Source: Phyllosticta citribraziliensis (Eukaryota). Taken from it: a stretch of DNA of 64,000 nucleotides. The position numbers and the translations under genes were made by a program. The notes below the pieces were generated by a model. It had not been told where the DNA came from. It saw nothing but the letters and a program-made list of their open reading frames with translations, and made no database searches. Below, in pieces: positions 13,497 to 25,776 of the stretch. The stretch lies in contig NW_027117339.1 in assembly GCF_038025025.1 (NCBI RefSeq), positions 1,364,001 to 1,428,000 of the forward strand, given 5' to 3'. How positions within the stretch are numbered: position 1 is the first letter of the stretch; every line of letters begins with the position of its first letter.

Positions 13497-14090
13497 GTCG
13501 ACGGGTTGGAAAGCTCCTTGTTGTTGCCCATGCAATCGACTTTGGCGTAGTTTCCTCCTGATAGATAGCGAGTGGCATTGGTTAAATGAAACTCGACCAC
13601 GCCCCACCATTCTTTTTGCTTGGGACAACGCCTTGCCATGGTTGAGTGGGATGATCGAGATCCGCGGAGGCGCCCCAAAGGGGAAAACGGATGATGCAAA
13701 GGCATGGAACTCGGGCAAGGAAGTAAACAATCAGCACGTCAACCACATAGTTGCTGAAGGCGTCGTGTTCTTCTCAAATGCCAAAGAAGTTGAGGGCCAT
13801 TGCCAAAGTGAAGAGTGAATGAGGGGCAGTGGAAGTAGGTCTCGACTCTAAAGACTCACAGCAGACGCTCGGGCCCTTCGTTTCGCATACACGCCGCGGT
13901 CACCTGCATCCGCCGCCTACGGTACTTACCTACCTACCTTGCTGTACACCTCCACAACGCCCACTCCGCCGCTCTCCAACCTCCTCTCTCCTACCGCACC
14001 CTCCGACTCTCGAAGGGTGCTTTGGAAACCTCGCTCGCTCCTCAATTGGACCTCTGCCATCCTCGTTCCAGGTGGCACTCCATCGCAACC

Positions 14091-14949
14091 ATGTACATAA
14101 CAGAGGAGCTCTTCGAATCGGCGGATCCAACCTACAGCCCAGGTACGAGGCAAACGGACTCGCACGAACCCCTCGGAAAGAGAAAGAGGACAGCAACCGA
14201 TGATGTCTATACCGCAAACTTTCTGTACGTCTCACCCTGGCCTAGTTGGACCCTGATCCACTTCGCTCTTAGCCCGCTCGCCCCTCTCCCGCAACACCGT
14301 GATCTTGCCTTGTGCTTCGACACCATCTGGCTTATTGGACGGTCTTTTTCCGATGGCATCATTCTAACTTCCTACCAGCCCTACCAAAAACCTCAAACTC
14401 GCCTCGCTGCTAGACGAAAAATACGCCGAAGCCCCCGCCACCGCATCTCTTTACAACTACAACCACCTTGCCCAGCAACAGCCACAACAGCAGCGCCCTC
14501 GAAAACGGGCTGTCCCGCACCCACGCCTTCACGTCCAGGCTCAACATCTTCGCTCGCGGCCGCCACTACAGAACGTCCATCAAAACTGCAGGACCATCCT
14601 CAACGAGACTACGACAAAGGCTACCAGCTCACCCTCGACACCAGACCTCAACCCTTGTCATTGCTGCCACCGCAGCCCGCACACTAAGAAGGACCTGGAA
14701 GGATACATGGCATGCGAGGCTTGTGGGGCGCGGACGTGCTTCATCTGTTTGCGGCAGTGCGTTGGCAGCAGGTGTGGTGACGGTGCAGAACCAAGTGCTG
14801 TCGAGAAAGACGCAAAAGCTTATGGCATAGGGAATGGATGCGGAGGCAGAAAAATATGTCGAGCATGCTGCGTGGAACGCGGGGAGGAAGGAGACACATG
14901 GTGTTTACGGTGCCTAGAGGGCGAGGGGGAGGACACAATCATGGGTTGA
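14091..14949 (+). CDS. Hypothetical protein with an NLS-like motif and a Cys-rich, probably zinc-binding C-terminus
   Basis: Exon 1 MYITEEL..GKRKR, intron ~14226-14378 (GTACGT..CTAAC..CAG), then exon 2 open to 14949 with CHCC, CEACGARTCFICLRQC, ICRACC and WCLRC. Confidence 0.72.
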
Positions 14950-16059
14950 AAAAGCAGACACTCCACCGACTGCTTGAGAAGGCCACGAGATCTTTTCAGG
15001 CCAGTCCAGACAAAATCAAACAAGAAACATGTTGTATGGTGGAGGCCATACCACACAACGAGGAGGAGGAGCAGAAGCGGATACATCACGAGGCGGCACC
15101 AGCCACCAACACCATTATTCAGAGATTCGGATGAAACAGAGCATTGCGGTACGCTTCAAATTGGCTGGAGCAGGTATGGAATGCATAATCGCGGGTATGG
15201 CACGAAACGAGCACGGCATCACGCAAATCTATTGTGCAGCAGGCGTTTCGTATATTATACCCCATTTAAACAGGCAAGCAGTGATAGGCAAGGGGATCAT
15301 CACAGGGCAGATCAGGCAAGCAAGGCATATATCTCAGCGGCATGAATAGGCGCGGCGGCATAGCATGGCAGGCGGCGCATCTTTGATTTGGGACTAGGCA
15401 GGTAGCATCTTTTACATAGCAATGGCATGGCTTTGGACAGAAGATTTTACGCTTTGAGCATTACTATATTGTTTTCATTTGTTTGGAAAAGTTATCTCTC
15501 TGGAAATGTGTAGCTCTTTTACCGGCTTGCGAATTTCCGCCGAGCAAGTTTCCAGCCATGTTTTTCTTGGGTCCATGGTCAGTGTCGATTTTCTTTTCCC
15601 TTCCATCTTGCGATTACACAACAGCAAAGAAAAGCAACACCATCACAGACTCAGCTTGGAGTTTTGCCCTATTCTTTTACGATTGCTCTCTACACACACC
15701 GGCAGTACCGCCAATGCCGAGACAGCTCAAACACCAACAGCACCCGTCCCAAGCTGATAGCCGCTCTGAAACACGGCACAGTCCATTATGTCGTTGACTT
15801 CGTACATGCATCACGCTCTCTCTTTTACCCACTCGTGCCAACCGGCTTATCGGCAACCGCTACGCCAAACTGCAGCGTCCCCACGAAGAAGAGTTAAAGA
15901 ACCGCAGACTGAAAGAAAGAAGTGCAAAGGTTGCAACAGCAGAGATTGATGTAGGGAAGCCGGTTCCCCGACAAGTAGTGTGAACAAATCGATTGCGAAA
16001 AGATCGAATCTTTCTCAAAACACCCTCGACACTTTCAAGACACAGGACGGCAATCGACG

Positions 16060-17004
16060 CTAGGAGTAGGTGCCGGGCTTTTCCTCCTGAGACACCAAGG
16101 GACTCTCCTTGATCTCGCGCTTCTCGCGGCGGCGCACGAGGAACCAGTCGACCGACCAGCCGACAAACACGACGCCGACAAAGACAGTCGCCGTCCACGC
16201 GAGCGCCATGAACTTGTGGCCAGCGTGGCCCTCGAGCCCGACGCCGTTCCCGGCGTCATTGATGACTTTGGCGCCCAGGGCGCCGACGGCCGTCGCGATG
16301 ACGGTGCCGGTGCCAACGCCAAACAGGTTGAGGCCGGCGATGGCAGCGTTTAGCAAGGCGACGCGGCGGCCGACGAAGACGACGCCGGTCCACGTGGCGA
16401 AGAGGGACATGAAGTTGAAGATGACGGCCAGGATGAAGAAGGCGACGAGCGCGTGCCAGGCGCTCTTCATGGCCGCCAGCTCGTCCGACAGATTGGTCGG
16501 GAAGTTGATCTGCGTCAGCGTGTCGCCCGCCTGCGTCTGCTTCATCGAGTCCTCGATTTGCTGGATCGGGTTGAACGCGAACGACGCCGACGGCTTGCTG
16601 CAGCCCGTCACGTTCTTGTGAATCTTGCTAGCCGGCACGTCCGAGTCGGGCACGGGTTGTGGCGTGTATGTCCCGTTGCAACCTGCGAACATGTGCGCCG
16701 AGTAAAAGTCTTGGATGTGCAGGTCTTTGGCCAGCGAGCCGATGGCAGAGTTGAGCCCGGAATTGATGCCGCCCGTCAAAGGTTGCGTCAGGTTATTGAA
16801 GAGCGGCGCCAGTGGATTGTCCGGGTCGTCGTTGGCGTCGGCAAAGTTTTGATAGGCGTTGGCCCCGATGCGCGAGGTGTTAAGCGTCAAGATGTGGTAT
16901 TGCTCCCCTTGGCCCGCGTGGCGCCCGGCGAACATGGCCACGAAGGTGAGGACTAATGCGATGAAGGAGAAGGTAGCGTAGATGATGGCGTGGAATCTCA
17001 CCAT
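16060..17004 (-). CDS. SUR7/PalI-family tetraspan membrane protein
   Basis: N-terminal hydrophobic helix, extracellular loop with IQDFYSAHMFAGCNG..C (claudin-like Cys pair), three further TM helices and GHKFMALAW. No intron. Confidence 0.88.
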   Translation of the reverse strand: MVRFHAIIYATFSFIALVLTFVAMFAGRHAGQGEQYHILTLNTSRIGANAYQNFADANDDPDNPLAPLFNNLTQPLTGGINSGLNSAIGSLAKDLHIQDFYSAHMFAGCNGTYTPQPVPDSDVPASKIHKNVTGCSKPSASFAFNPIQQIEDSMKQTQAGDTLTQINFPTNLSDELAAMKSAWHALVAFFILAVIFNFMSLFATWTGVVFVGRRVALLNAAIAGLNLFGVGTGTVIATAVGALGAKVINDAGNGVGLEGHAGHKFMALAWTATVFVGVVFVGWSVDWFLVRRREKREIKESPLVSQEEKPGTYS

Positions 17005-17982
17005 GGTTGCGGTGGAAGGTGGTCGTCTGTCAGTGGGATGAAAACTAGGCGCGAGAGGATGGTTGGATCAACAGAGGTATTACAGGTCTCCAGCATAGAA
17101 GTGATGGAGACGCGAGAACTTGGGAAATGCAAGACTTCGACTAGACGAAGCAGTTAAAAGCTCTAGTATGCCTTGGGGTCTTGGGGCTCCTATATAGGCG
17201 TGGTTGCTTCATCTTGGACAGGCCAATGCTGCAGGTGCCTGCCACCCCAAACCCAATGCGGGACCAAAAACTTGCAACCAAACGACCTGGGAGCCGTGAG
17301 ACTCTACGTCAAAGGGCCTGTGCACCAAGTCCTAACAGGGACATAGTTACGAGCGCGCAGGACGGCTGGTCAGGAGAAGCGAAGTCCTGTGACTTGGGGG
17401 GTATCGTGTCGCACCGGCAGAGCTAGCCACAGGCCCATACCCGTCATCGCGCCCGCCGCCACAGGCCTTCCCCTCGTCGCGAGGTATTGGCAGATTCGCG
17501 CCCATCGAATCTGGTCGAGGCGATCTGGGTGCAGGGACTAGACTGGCACAAAGCAGATGCGTCATAACAGCACTCCAGCCAACCAATCGAAGCACTATAC
17601 GAGCGATACAAAACAATAAGCGACGGCGATGATGGCACTCCTGGGGCGATTCGGTCATGATCAAAACTCTTCTTTCGATGCTTCTATTCTTGAACGTACA
17701 AGGCGTGCGTCATCTTCGCCTAGGACTGTTCCGTGTCACTAGGACCTGACAACGACTCCTTTCGTGCTGTTGTCGTCTGTACGACGCAAGCTTTTGGGCT
17801 TACAATCTCCCGCAGCCTCGGCTTGGGGTGGAGGGGGAAACGACGCTTCCACAGTGCTATGCCACAGGTGGTGACAGGGCGACGTTCGTGGTGACTTGGC
17901 GTTGATCCCAAGCGCAAACTCATGTTCTCATAAATCGTGTATCATCCGAAACCTTGCTCTTGTTTTTATCGACACTGCAGAT

Positions 17983-18804
17983 TCAGCCAGGCTTCTTCGA
18001 CGCTCTTCTAGGTTGGGACATGTTTGTATTTTGCTGAGTGATTCGGTCCGTAAAGGGCGAATACGGGGCGGCAATGCGGTGGACTGGAGCGCGCATCTGT
18101 CCGGGAGGAGCATGGCCTGGACGTTGGCGCTGCTCAAGGTGGATCTTGTCCAGAGATTCCCCAACGACATGGTACTTGTCCCAGTTGATCGGGGGACAAC
18201 GAAAGATGTTTTGCATTTCCGGCACAGGTCCAAATTTGGGTGGCGGCGGGCCCGAAGTTGGCGAGCGAGCCTCATCATCGCTATCCTCCTGGTCGCTGTT
18301 TAGGAGAGATTCCAGTCCGCCGAGAGTCGGGCCCAGGACGTCATTGCTTTCGCGTTTTGGCTTCAGGCGGCCAGACTTCAGCTCGTCGACAAAGGCCTCT
18401 GGCTCGGCGACAGCAGCCTGCTTGATCTTTTGGAGAGTCTGAATGTCTTTTTTGCTCTTGTCGCGTTGGATCTGAAGCAGAGCGATTGCAGAGCGCAGTG
18501 CGATGGCGTCGGTGTTTTCCGTCTCGTCGATGGACTTGGACGGGGGCTGCGGCATGAAGTCTAGGGCCGGAGGAGGAATGACGCGGTCGGCTTGATCAGA
18601 AGGCGCCAGCTGAGCGATTGTGGCAACTGGCGTTATAGGGGATACCGGCGGGCGTGGAGGAGAGTCGGGGGCATGATTGTTGGTGGTTGCGTGCGCTACG
18701 GCTGGAGTTTCGGGAAGGCGGTGGGCAGGCGAAACTTGGAGAGGTGACACGGTTGAGTCATTCCTGGCCTTGTCTGGCAACGCGAAGTCGAGGGCGGGCG
18801 GCAT
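17983..18804 (-). CDS. Hypothetical protein, Pro-rich with a central coiled coil
   Basis: ATG at 18804. Segments ENTDAIALRSAIALLQIQRDKSKKDIQTL and QNIFRCPPINWDKYHVVGESLDKIHLEQ resemble a conserved fungal family; codon usage is coding-like. Confidence 0.8.
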   Translation of the reverse strand: MPPALDFALPDKARNDSTVSPLQVSPAHRLPETPAVAHATTNNHAPDSPPRPPVSPITPVATIAQLAPSDQADRVIPPPALDFMPQPPSKSIDETENTDAIALRSAIALLQIQRDKSKKDIQTLQKIKQAAVAEPEAFVDELKSGRLKPKRESNDVLGPTLGGLESLLNSDQEDSDDEARSPTSGPPPPKFGPVPEMQNIFRCPPINWDKYHVVGESLDKIHLEQRQRPGHAPPGQMRAPVHRIAAPYSPFTDRITQQNTNMSQPRRASKKPG

Positions 18805-19156
18805 CGTGAGAAGAATGGAGGGAGGGAGGGAGGGGAGGAGAAGTGTGGCCACGAGCGCAGCGGAGAGAGAGGAGCGACGTAGTTGGAAAGCAAGGGCCAC
18901 GAGAGAAGGCCCGAGCAAACCAGGCAATGGAACCAAAGTGGAGGTCGGCCGTAGGTGGGGCTATCGCGATCGGAGGCCCGTGGTCGATGTCGCCGTGTGA
19001 GATCAGAGATGAGGAGTGGAGTGCCGTGGGTGGTGCGGTGTCTGCACGTGGAATTTGGAATGGACCGCCGGCGGGAACGGAATGGTGGATGAGGTGCTGA
19101 GGTAAACAACTTTCCTGGTATGCGCCAAACGGGCCACGGTACAGGTACCCGCTCCA

Positions 19157-19254
19157 CCAGTCCAGTCCAGTCCAGTCCAGCTATGTATTGTGCCGAGTCT
19201 CCGTCCTCTCACCACTCCACTCCACTCCACTCCACCTTACCTTACCCTACCCTA
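19157..19254 (+). repeat. Short pentanucleotide tandem repeats (CCAGT)n, (CTCCA)n, (CCTTA/CCCTA)n
   Basis: Visible directly as ccagtccagtccagtccagtccag and ccactccactccactccactccac. Confidence 0.8.
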
Positions 19255-20009
19255 GCCCGCCAGCCGGACTTCTCCTCCCCGGGCGCTCCTCAGCCCCAGA
19301 CGGCCCAGCCGCTTACGACGCTCTTCTTCCTGCGAATTTGCATAGGGCTGATGATCCCCTGGCACTCGACCGGACCTGACCTGACGCTGCAAGACATGGC
19401 AAACGGCCTCCACGCGCCATGACGGCCGTGCCCCCAAGCCCAGCAGCATCGTGATTCTCTTTGGGATGGTGCTGCGTCTCGATTTGTCTTAGCCCTCCCA
19501 ATGTATTTTTACTTATTCGCATGCTCCAGTCGTAGCTACCAGACTCCCGCTCTTCCCGTCTCTTCTACTATTTATGGTCCCGGCCACCTGACTCTCTGAT
19601 CTCATCGCATGGTGCTTTTTTTCTTTTCTTTTTTCTACAGTCTTTCCCTTCTCCATTCCGCTCCTTTCAATCAACTTTCGTCGAAGCCGGCCCAGCTTCT
19701 CGGGTCTGCCCAACTTTCTTTACACTTCCGCACCACTTCGTCTGGACGAATCACCGCTCTCCATTTCGCCGATACGCTCTCCAGCAAGGAGCTTAGTCCT
19801 CGGCCGTGATTTGAGCTGTATTACCACAACGTTCAGGATCAACCAATCCGACTTCTCAAACACCCGCTCTAGCCACGCGCCTTGCCACCTGCGCATTCTC
19901 ATCTTGTCCATATTTTTCACCGTCATCCGCTCTCACTCACTCTTCATGCCCACATCAATCCGGTCCACACACGCTGCAAATCCACAAGAATCCGCATCCA
20001 TCTAGAACC

Positions 20010-20888
20010 ATGGCTCGCCAGACGGAGTCTCCCGCGGCTAACGACAAATCAACATCGAGGGACGCGGTGCGAATTCCCAGACTGACCTATCGCAACCGCC
20101 TCCCGCAAGATTCCACCGATACCATCGAACCTGTTTCCAAACCAGCGTTAGACGCGCAACCTGTTTTCCCAGGAAACGAAAGACGCGCGGATCCAGCGCA
20201 GCGACAAGTCTCTGCAGCAACTTCGCTAGAGTCGAGTCTAGTCGGCGGACCAGCCAGGCCTAGCTCAGCCACCACACCAGGGAAAACAAATCAACCGACT
20301 AGCGCAGACGCCTTTGCGCAGCGGCGCTCGGACAGCATCGCTGTTGACAAGAAGGCCAAGAAGACCAAGTTGCGAGGCATCTCGCTTTTGGGCTTCTTGG
20401 CCGTCAAAGAGCCCTCTGCCAATGCCCTAGAGCATTTTGCCAGGCAAGAGCAGAGGCGGGCTGAGGCGAAGGGTTCCATTTCCGTTGCGTCAATGTCCCA
20501 TCAGAAAATGCCCGAGGGCGTTCCCAGGGTGAATACCAAGTGGGATGGACTACCCGAAGCTGTCAAGACGAGGCCGGGCACCTCTACCGACAGGCAATCG
20601 ACTGCCCGCTCTTTTTCCAGCAGCCGGTTATCGACCGCCACCGAAGACTCGAAAAGAAGCAAGTCGACCACATCGACCACATCGACCATCGACTTTGCTC
20701 TTAGTACACCATCGGTTGAGGAAATCAGCCCCAGACCCGTGAATCTGTCTTCCGCCCGACAAGACAGCGGAACTGGAAGCGAGGCCATGCGCTCCAGAAC
20801 TGGTGGCTTGACCTCTGGAGCTGTGCGTTTTGCTCAGCCTCACCCTAGCATCAACGAAGTGGCTCCTTGGGCTGAGCCGCCTTTATGA
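20010..20888 (+). CDS. Hypothetical Ser/Thr-rich protein
   Basis: 292-aa ORF in accATGg context. A conserved-looking core (LLGFLAVKEPSANALEHFA..KMPEGVPRVNTKWDGLPE) sits in a disordered background. Confidence 0.72.
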   Translation: MARQTESPAANDKSTSRDAVRIPRLTYRNRLPQDSTDTIEPVSKPALDAQPVFPGNERRADPAQRQVSAATSLESSLVGGPARPSSATTPGKTNQPTSADAFAQRRSDSIAVDKKAKKTKLRGISLLGFLAVKEPSANALEHFARQEQRRAEAKGSISVASMSHQKMPEGVPRVNTKWDGLPEAVKTRPGTSTDRQSTARSFSSSRLSTATEDSKRSKSTTSTTSTIDFALSTPSVEEISPRPVNLSSARQDSGTGSEAMRSRTGGLTSGAVRFAQPHPSINEVAPWAEPPL

Positions 20889-23010
20889 ACGCCACCCGTT
20901 CCTACAGTCCTGTCAAATCAAACAACACGACTGCCGCTCGCTTAATCGCGACTTGCGCGAATGGACACCTAACTCTGCCCACATGGCTGGAGCCGACCGT
21001 TGGAAGTCCAGGCGCCGAAATCTCAAAATCTGTCATTCTTTCCACTCTCATGTTCAAACCTGGTACTCCACTCAGAGAGTGCGGGCTGCCAAGGACATGA
21101 AAATCCAAATAGAATTTGGATCTTTTCAGGAAGTCTCGTTCACCAAGCGAGGCTAGGGAAGGAAAGGCGAGGTGAGCCAGCCAGCCCATGGTTGGGCTCC
21201 CTTGAGATGGAGCTACTCCCCACCACACCAGATCGTGGCGAGCGGAGTGAGCCGTCCCGAGTGGAAGGAGACAGAGGGAAGAACAAGCCACCTGGACGGG
21301 GCTATTCGAAGGATGCTTTTTCCGAACTTTTTTTCAGAACAACATTCCTAATATCTAATTTCTGTATTGAGTCTCAATAGCAGGCAGAGAGAAAGAAGTT
21401 GGAGGTCAGTGTTCAGCTTCGCTATCGAGGCGGCAATAGTTGATGGACAGTAGCGTCCAGATGAGAATGGTCAGAAGCAGCTTGGAACCAAGTCGTATGC
21501 GACATGATTCAACTCCGCTCTGCGTGATTTGACAAGGTCGTTAAACACATGGGGCTCTGTACAAAAACTCCCAGAGCCGGCTTGGCGCGCACAACCCTGG
21601 TGGTTACCGGATGGCAGTGGTGATGATTGACGTCAGCGTCGATGGCGGGGAAGACCAATTTCATTACGTATCTCAGCAACACAAAGATCTGGCTTCACCT
21701 GCTGCACCCCGCGTGTGGCGGTCCTCTCGGTTATCATCTATCTGCCGCCCTGCAGAGAGCCAGAGCGGGCCGACATCCGCCTTTACCAATGCCCAACACG
21801 ACTGGACCTGAACAACAACGACGCGTCGTCGAACAATCGGCAACAGGCATCATGATGCAACCAACATCCTTCCCACGGATTACCTCCGCGCTCGAGGCGT
21901 ACTTCTTGTAAGCCAGAGAAATTCTGCGTCGCATGGACCTACCCGACACAGTATGTACTCGCGCTATCAAAACGCCCCACGGCATATGTACATACGTGCT
22001 TGCGGGAGGCGGCAGCGAGCGAGCGAGAAACCAAGACATCGGTCATCGTCCAGCCGATATGCAGCAGGGGTTGCCGCTGCGAACTTTCCCTTTGAGATCT
22101 CAGTATGCGGTCAATCCTGACCCTTGGCTGCAGTTCTCCCAATCCTGAATACTTGGCCTTTCCTCTTTGGCCCAGTGGCAGTCGTTGCTGTTTATTTTGT
22201 GCAGAAGAGCAGGACATTTTCTGCGTCGTTGGTTTTCGCGCGCGACCTGGATAAGCACATTGTTCCTCCACGAAGAGCACCAAAACTGCCCCCACAGTAT
22301 TGGCATTGGAGCGATATCGTCGCAATCTGAGCCATGACTTTTAAACACGGCGCCTGAATCGCTATCAAAAGTCAACCAGCCAGTCAGTCAACCCATCGAG
22401 GACGCGGCCGCTGACAACCACCACGGCGGCAATGGAGAACGAAACATGTCCAGCATTCCGCACCGAGATTCGCGAGTCCGAGGGTGTATCTCTTTCGATC
22501 AAACGGAAGCTTTCCGCTTTTCTGGGGATTTGGAGGGGTATGTGGCGCAGAGATAGGCTGCGCTGCCGTAGGTCGCTGCTGCTGCTCGCTATCTTGTCGA
22601 TGATAAGGCGCGGAGGCCAGTCGACGCAGCTCGTTGGAGACAGACGTGCCAACCAGACTGTCTAACCAGTCCCTGGTCATTTGACGGTAATTTACGCCTG
22701 TCATTGGGTCATGATTGGATCCCACATGGCCGCCGCACTCCTTTCCTTGTAGGTTATAGATGCCTATTTGGGTCTGGTCGCCGTTGTTCCTATCATCGGC
22801 TCCAGGAGGGGTCCTTGTTCGCCGTAAACTCCATATAGTCTAGCTACTCAGAGCCGTACTGACAGAAGGTTCTGTATCTGCATATTATTCCTCTCCCGCC
22901 GTGCAGTAGCAGATACAGCAGCAGCAGCAGCCAACTCGTGCCCAGTCGCCCGTCGCTTTCTTGGTCGCATCCCCACCTCTTCTCATAAATGCAAAGCACT
23001 TGCTTTGAAT

Positions 23011-24832
23011 ATGGTCGAACGGAATCACAGCATCACATCGGGATCCTACCATAAGCGAACCGTTGCTGATGAGCCGGTAACTTCGATTCTGCCAGGTAAG
23101 AAGCATTTTCGTTGGAAGAATCTTAAACTGACTTTCTGCCAGCCGGTGACATTCCGTTCGACCCGACCCACGAGTTCGATCAAGATGAAGAAGTGCTCGC
23201 CGCTCTTGGATACAAGTCTGAATTCAAGCGAGAGTTCAGCTTGTTCACGACGTTTTGCGTTTCCTTTGCGGTCCTAGGTCTCCTCCCCAGCTTCGCTAGT
23301 ACCTTGTACTATGGCATGGGCTACGCAGGTACCGCTGGCATGACCTGGGGCTGGTTGATTGCCATGGTCGGAATCCAGTCAGTGGCTTTTAGTATGGCCG
23401 AGCTTTGCTCTTCGATGCCCACCAGCGGCGGCCTCTATTACGCTGCCGCTGTCCTCGCTCCTCCTGGATGGGGCCCCCTCGCTGCGTGGGTGACTGGATG
23501 GTCCAACTGGCTGGCTCAGATCACGGCCGCGCCGTCTGTCAACTACGGAGCTTCTGCCATGATGCTCGCGGCCGCGTCGATCAACAATCCGGATTACACG
23601 CCGACGGAATACCAGACGTTCCTGCTCACTGTGCTCCTCATGATCATCCACAGCTTCATGTCTAGCATGCCCACGAGGTGGCTGGCACGGCTCAACTCAT
23701 ACGGGTCCATCTTCAATGTGTTGGCGCTTTTTGCAGTCATCATCCTGATCCTGGCTGGCACGGACCGAGAATCACGAGGCTTGTCGCGCTTTGGCAAGTC
23801 AAGTCAGGTCTGGGGAGAGGTTTACGAAGGCATGGACTATCCGGCTGGACTGCGAGTGCTGGCCAGTTTCGTCGCTGTTATTTGGACCATGTCTGGTTAC
23901 GACTCCCCCTTTCACTTGGCCGAAGAGTGCTCCAACGCCAACATGGCGTCGCCGCGGGCCATAGTCATGACGTCTTCGGTTGGTGGCGTCTTTGGCTGGG
24001 TCTTGCAGCTGGTTGTTGCGTACACCGTGGTCGACGTTTCCGCGGTCTTGGACTCGGATCTTGGACAGCCGTTTGCTGCATACTTGATCCAATGTGTGCC
24101 TGAGAAGATCGCCATCGCCGTCCTGGCTTTGACCGTCATCGCCGGCTTCGCCATGGGCCAGGGCTGCATGATTGCCGCCTCTCGAGTCACATTTGCATAT
24201 GCGCGTGACGGCTGTCTTCCCGGGTCGACTTTCTGGGCCAGAGTCAACAAGCACACGCGCACGCCTGTCAACGCCGTGTGGTTCAACTGCGTGCTGGGAT
24301 GCCTCATGCTCTTGCTTATATTCGCCGGAGAGGTAGCAATCGACGCCATCTTCAGCATTGGCGGACTGGCGGCCTTCTTCGCCTTCACGACGCCGATTTT
24401 TATCCGCGTCTTCTTCACCAGAGGCAACTTCAGGCCCGGTCCCTGGAACCTGGGTCGCCTGAGCATCCCCATTGGCGCCGTTGCGTCGGCCTTTGTGGCT
24501 TTGATGATTCCCATTCTCTGCCTCCCAGCGACGAGAGGCGCCAACCTCACGTAAGTTTTTCTTCTGTTGGATCGATTTGGCACGACTGACATTTGCACAG
24601 GATTGATGGAATGAACTGGACCGTCGTCGTCTGGGGCGGCACTATGCTCATTGCTCTCGGGTGGTGGATCATCTCGGCGAGAAAGTGGTTCAAGGGCCCG
24701 AAGGTCAACATCCAGCACATGATGGTTGGCCGGGAGGCAGAGGTTTTGGAGGGGAAGGATGCGACTCCCTCGGGCAGTCTTCGTGATGATGCACCGCCTC
24801 CGAAGGCGGTTGACGCGGGTGTTTTGGAATGA
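23011..24832 (+). CDS. APC-superfamily amino acid/GABA/polyamine permease (ACT family, UGA4/TPO5-like)
   Basis: LAALGYKSEFKREFS, SMAELCSSMPTSGGLYY, WTMSGYDSPFHLAEE, ASRVTFAYARDG and FRPGPWNLG. Introns ~23096-23142 and ~24551-24600. Confidence 0.93.
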
Positions 24833-25776
24833 CTGTTTGGAAAGATACCAATTTCATTTTTTTAGATGCAAGAATTCGAAGTGTGCTGTGGAAGCTGAGA
24901 TGTTGAACGTGACGTGCCGTGCCGACATGCTGGTTTCGGACCAGGGGCATCGTTTACCTCTATAGGCCTAGTTTTGGCTGAATCATCCAACACCACTTAC
25001 CTCGTGTTGCGGCCAAGCCGCTCTTGATGCTCCTCGTGAATTCGAAACAGTTGCATTACTCCTGGTTGTGCCTTAAATGATTGATGCCATGATGCTGCCA
25101 AACGATTCATGCCGTCTCGCAAGGTGTGCTCATAGCAAACCGTAGGCTGAAGTGTTTGCGTAAAGACCGTATGCGGCATTTGATTTTGGGCCTTTTGAAG
25201 TCGTCTTCCTTGGAGTGCGCGGATCACAATTTGCCCTGCCGTCATCGCTTCGACCGGCCATTTACGTCAACATGTGAGAGGTTTGGACGACGTGCAGAGT
25301 CCAGGAGGGAGTCGATGCGCCTGTACCTCCTGCATGCTTGTTGTCCAGGAAATCGGCAAGGGAAAGACAACGAGAGCGCATCGAAGACTCTGGACCAGAG
25401 CGTGAAGAGCCAGAGATCGACGCGTGGCGCTGGCGGTTGATAGCGACAGGCGGCCGGGCCCCCTATCCAAGCAAAAGCACTGCATCGACTCGCATTATTG
25501 CAGCAAACCGAACCGCGCCTTATCGATAAAACTCCACCACCCACGTCCCCGGGAAGGGGAACGCGCTCCTTCCCTGTCCTCACTTCCCTGTCGGTTTGTT
25601 CCACAGCTCGCTCCACTGCCAGCGCCCGACTCTTCTTCAACTCTCTCCACCACCTCCGTTTGCCCTCCCTCCCACGCTCTGTACACAATTCGCTGGCGCA
25701 GCATCCGACCAACGCCATCCGCTCTCGTCCGCTTCAATCCGAGCCCCTTACCTGTCGCCAACCGCTCTGACCCGCC

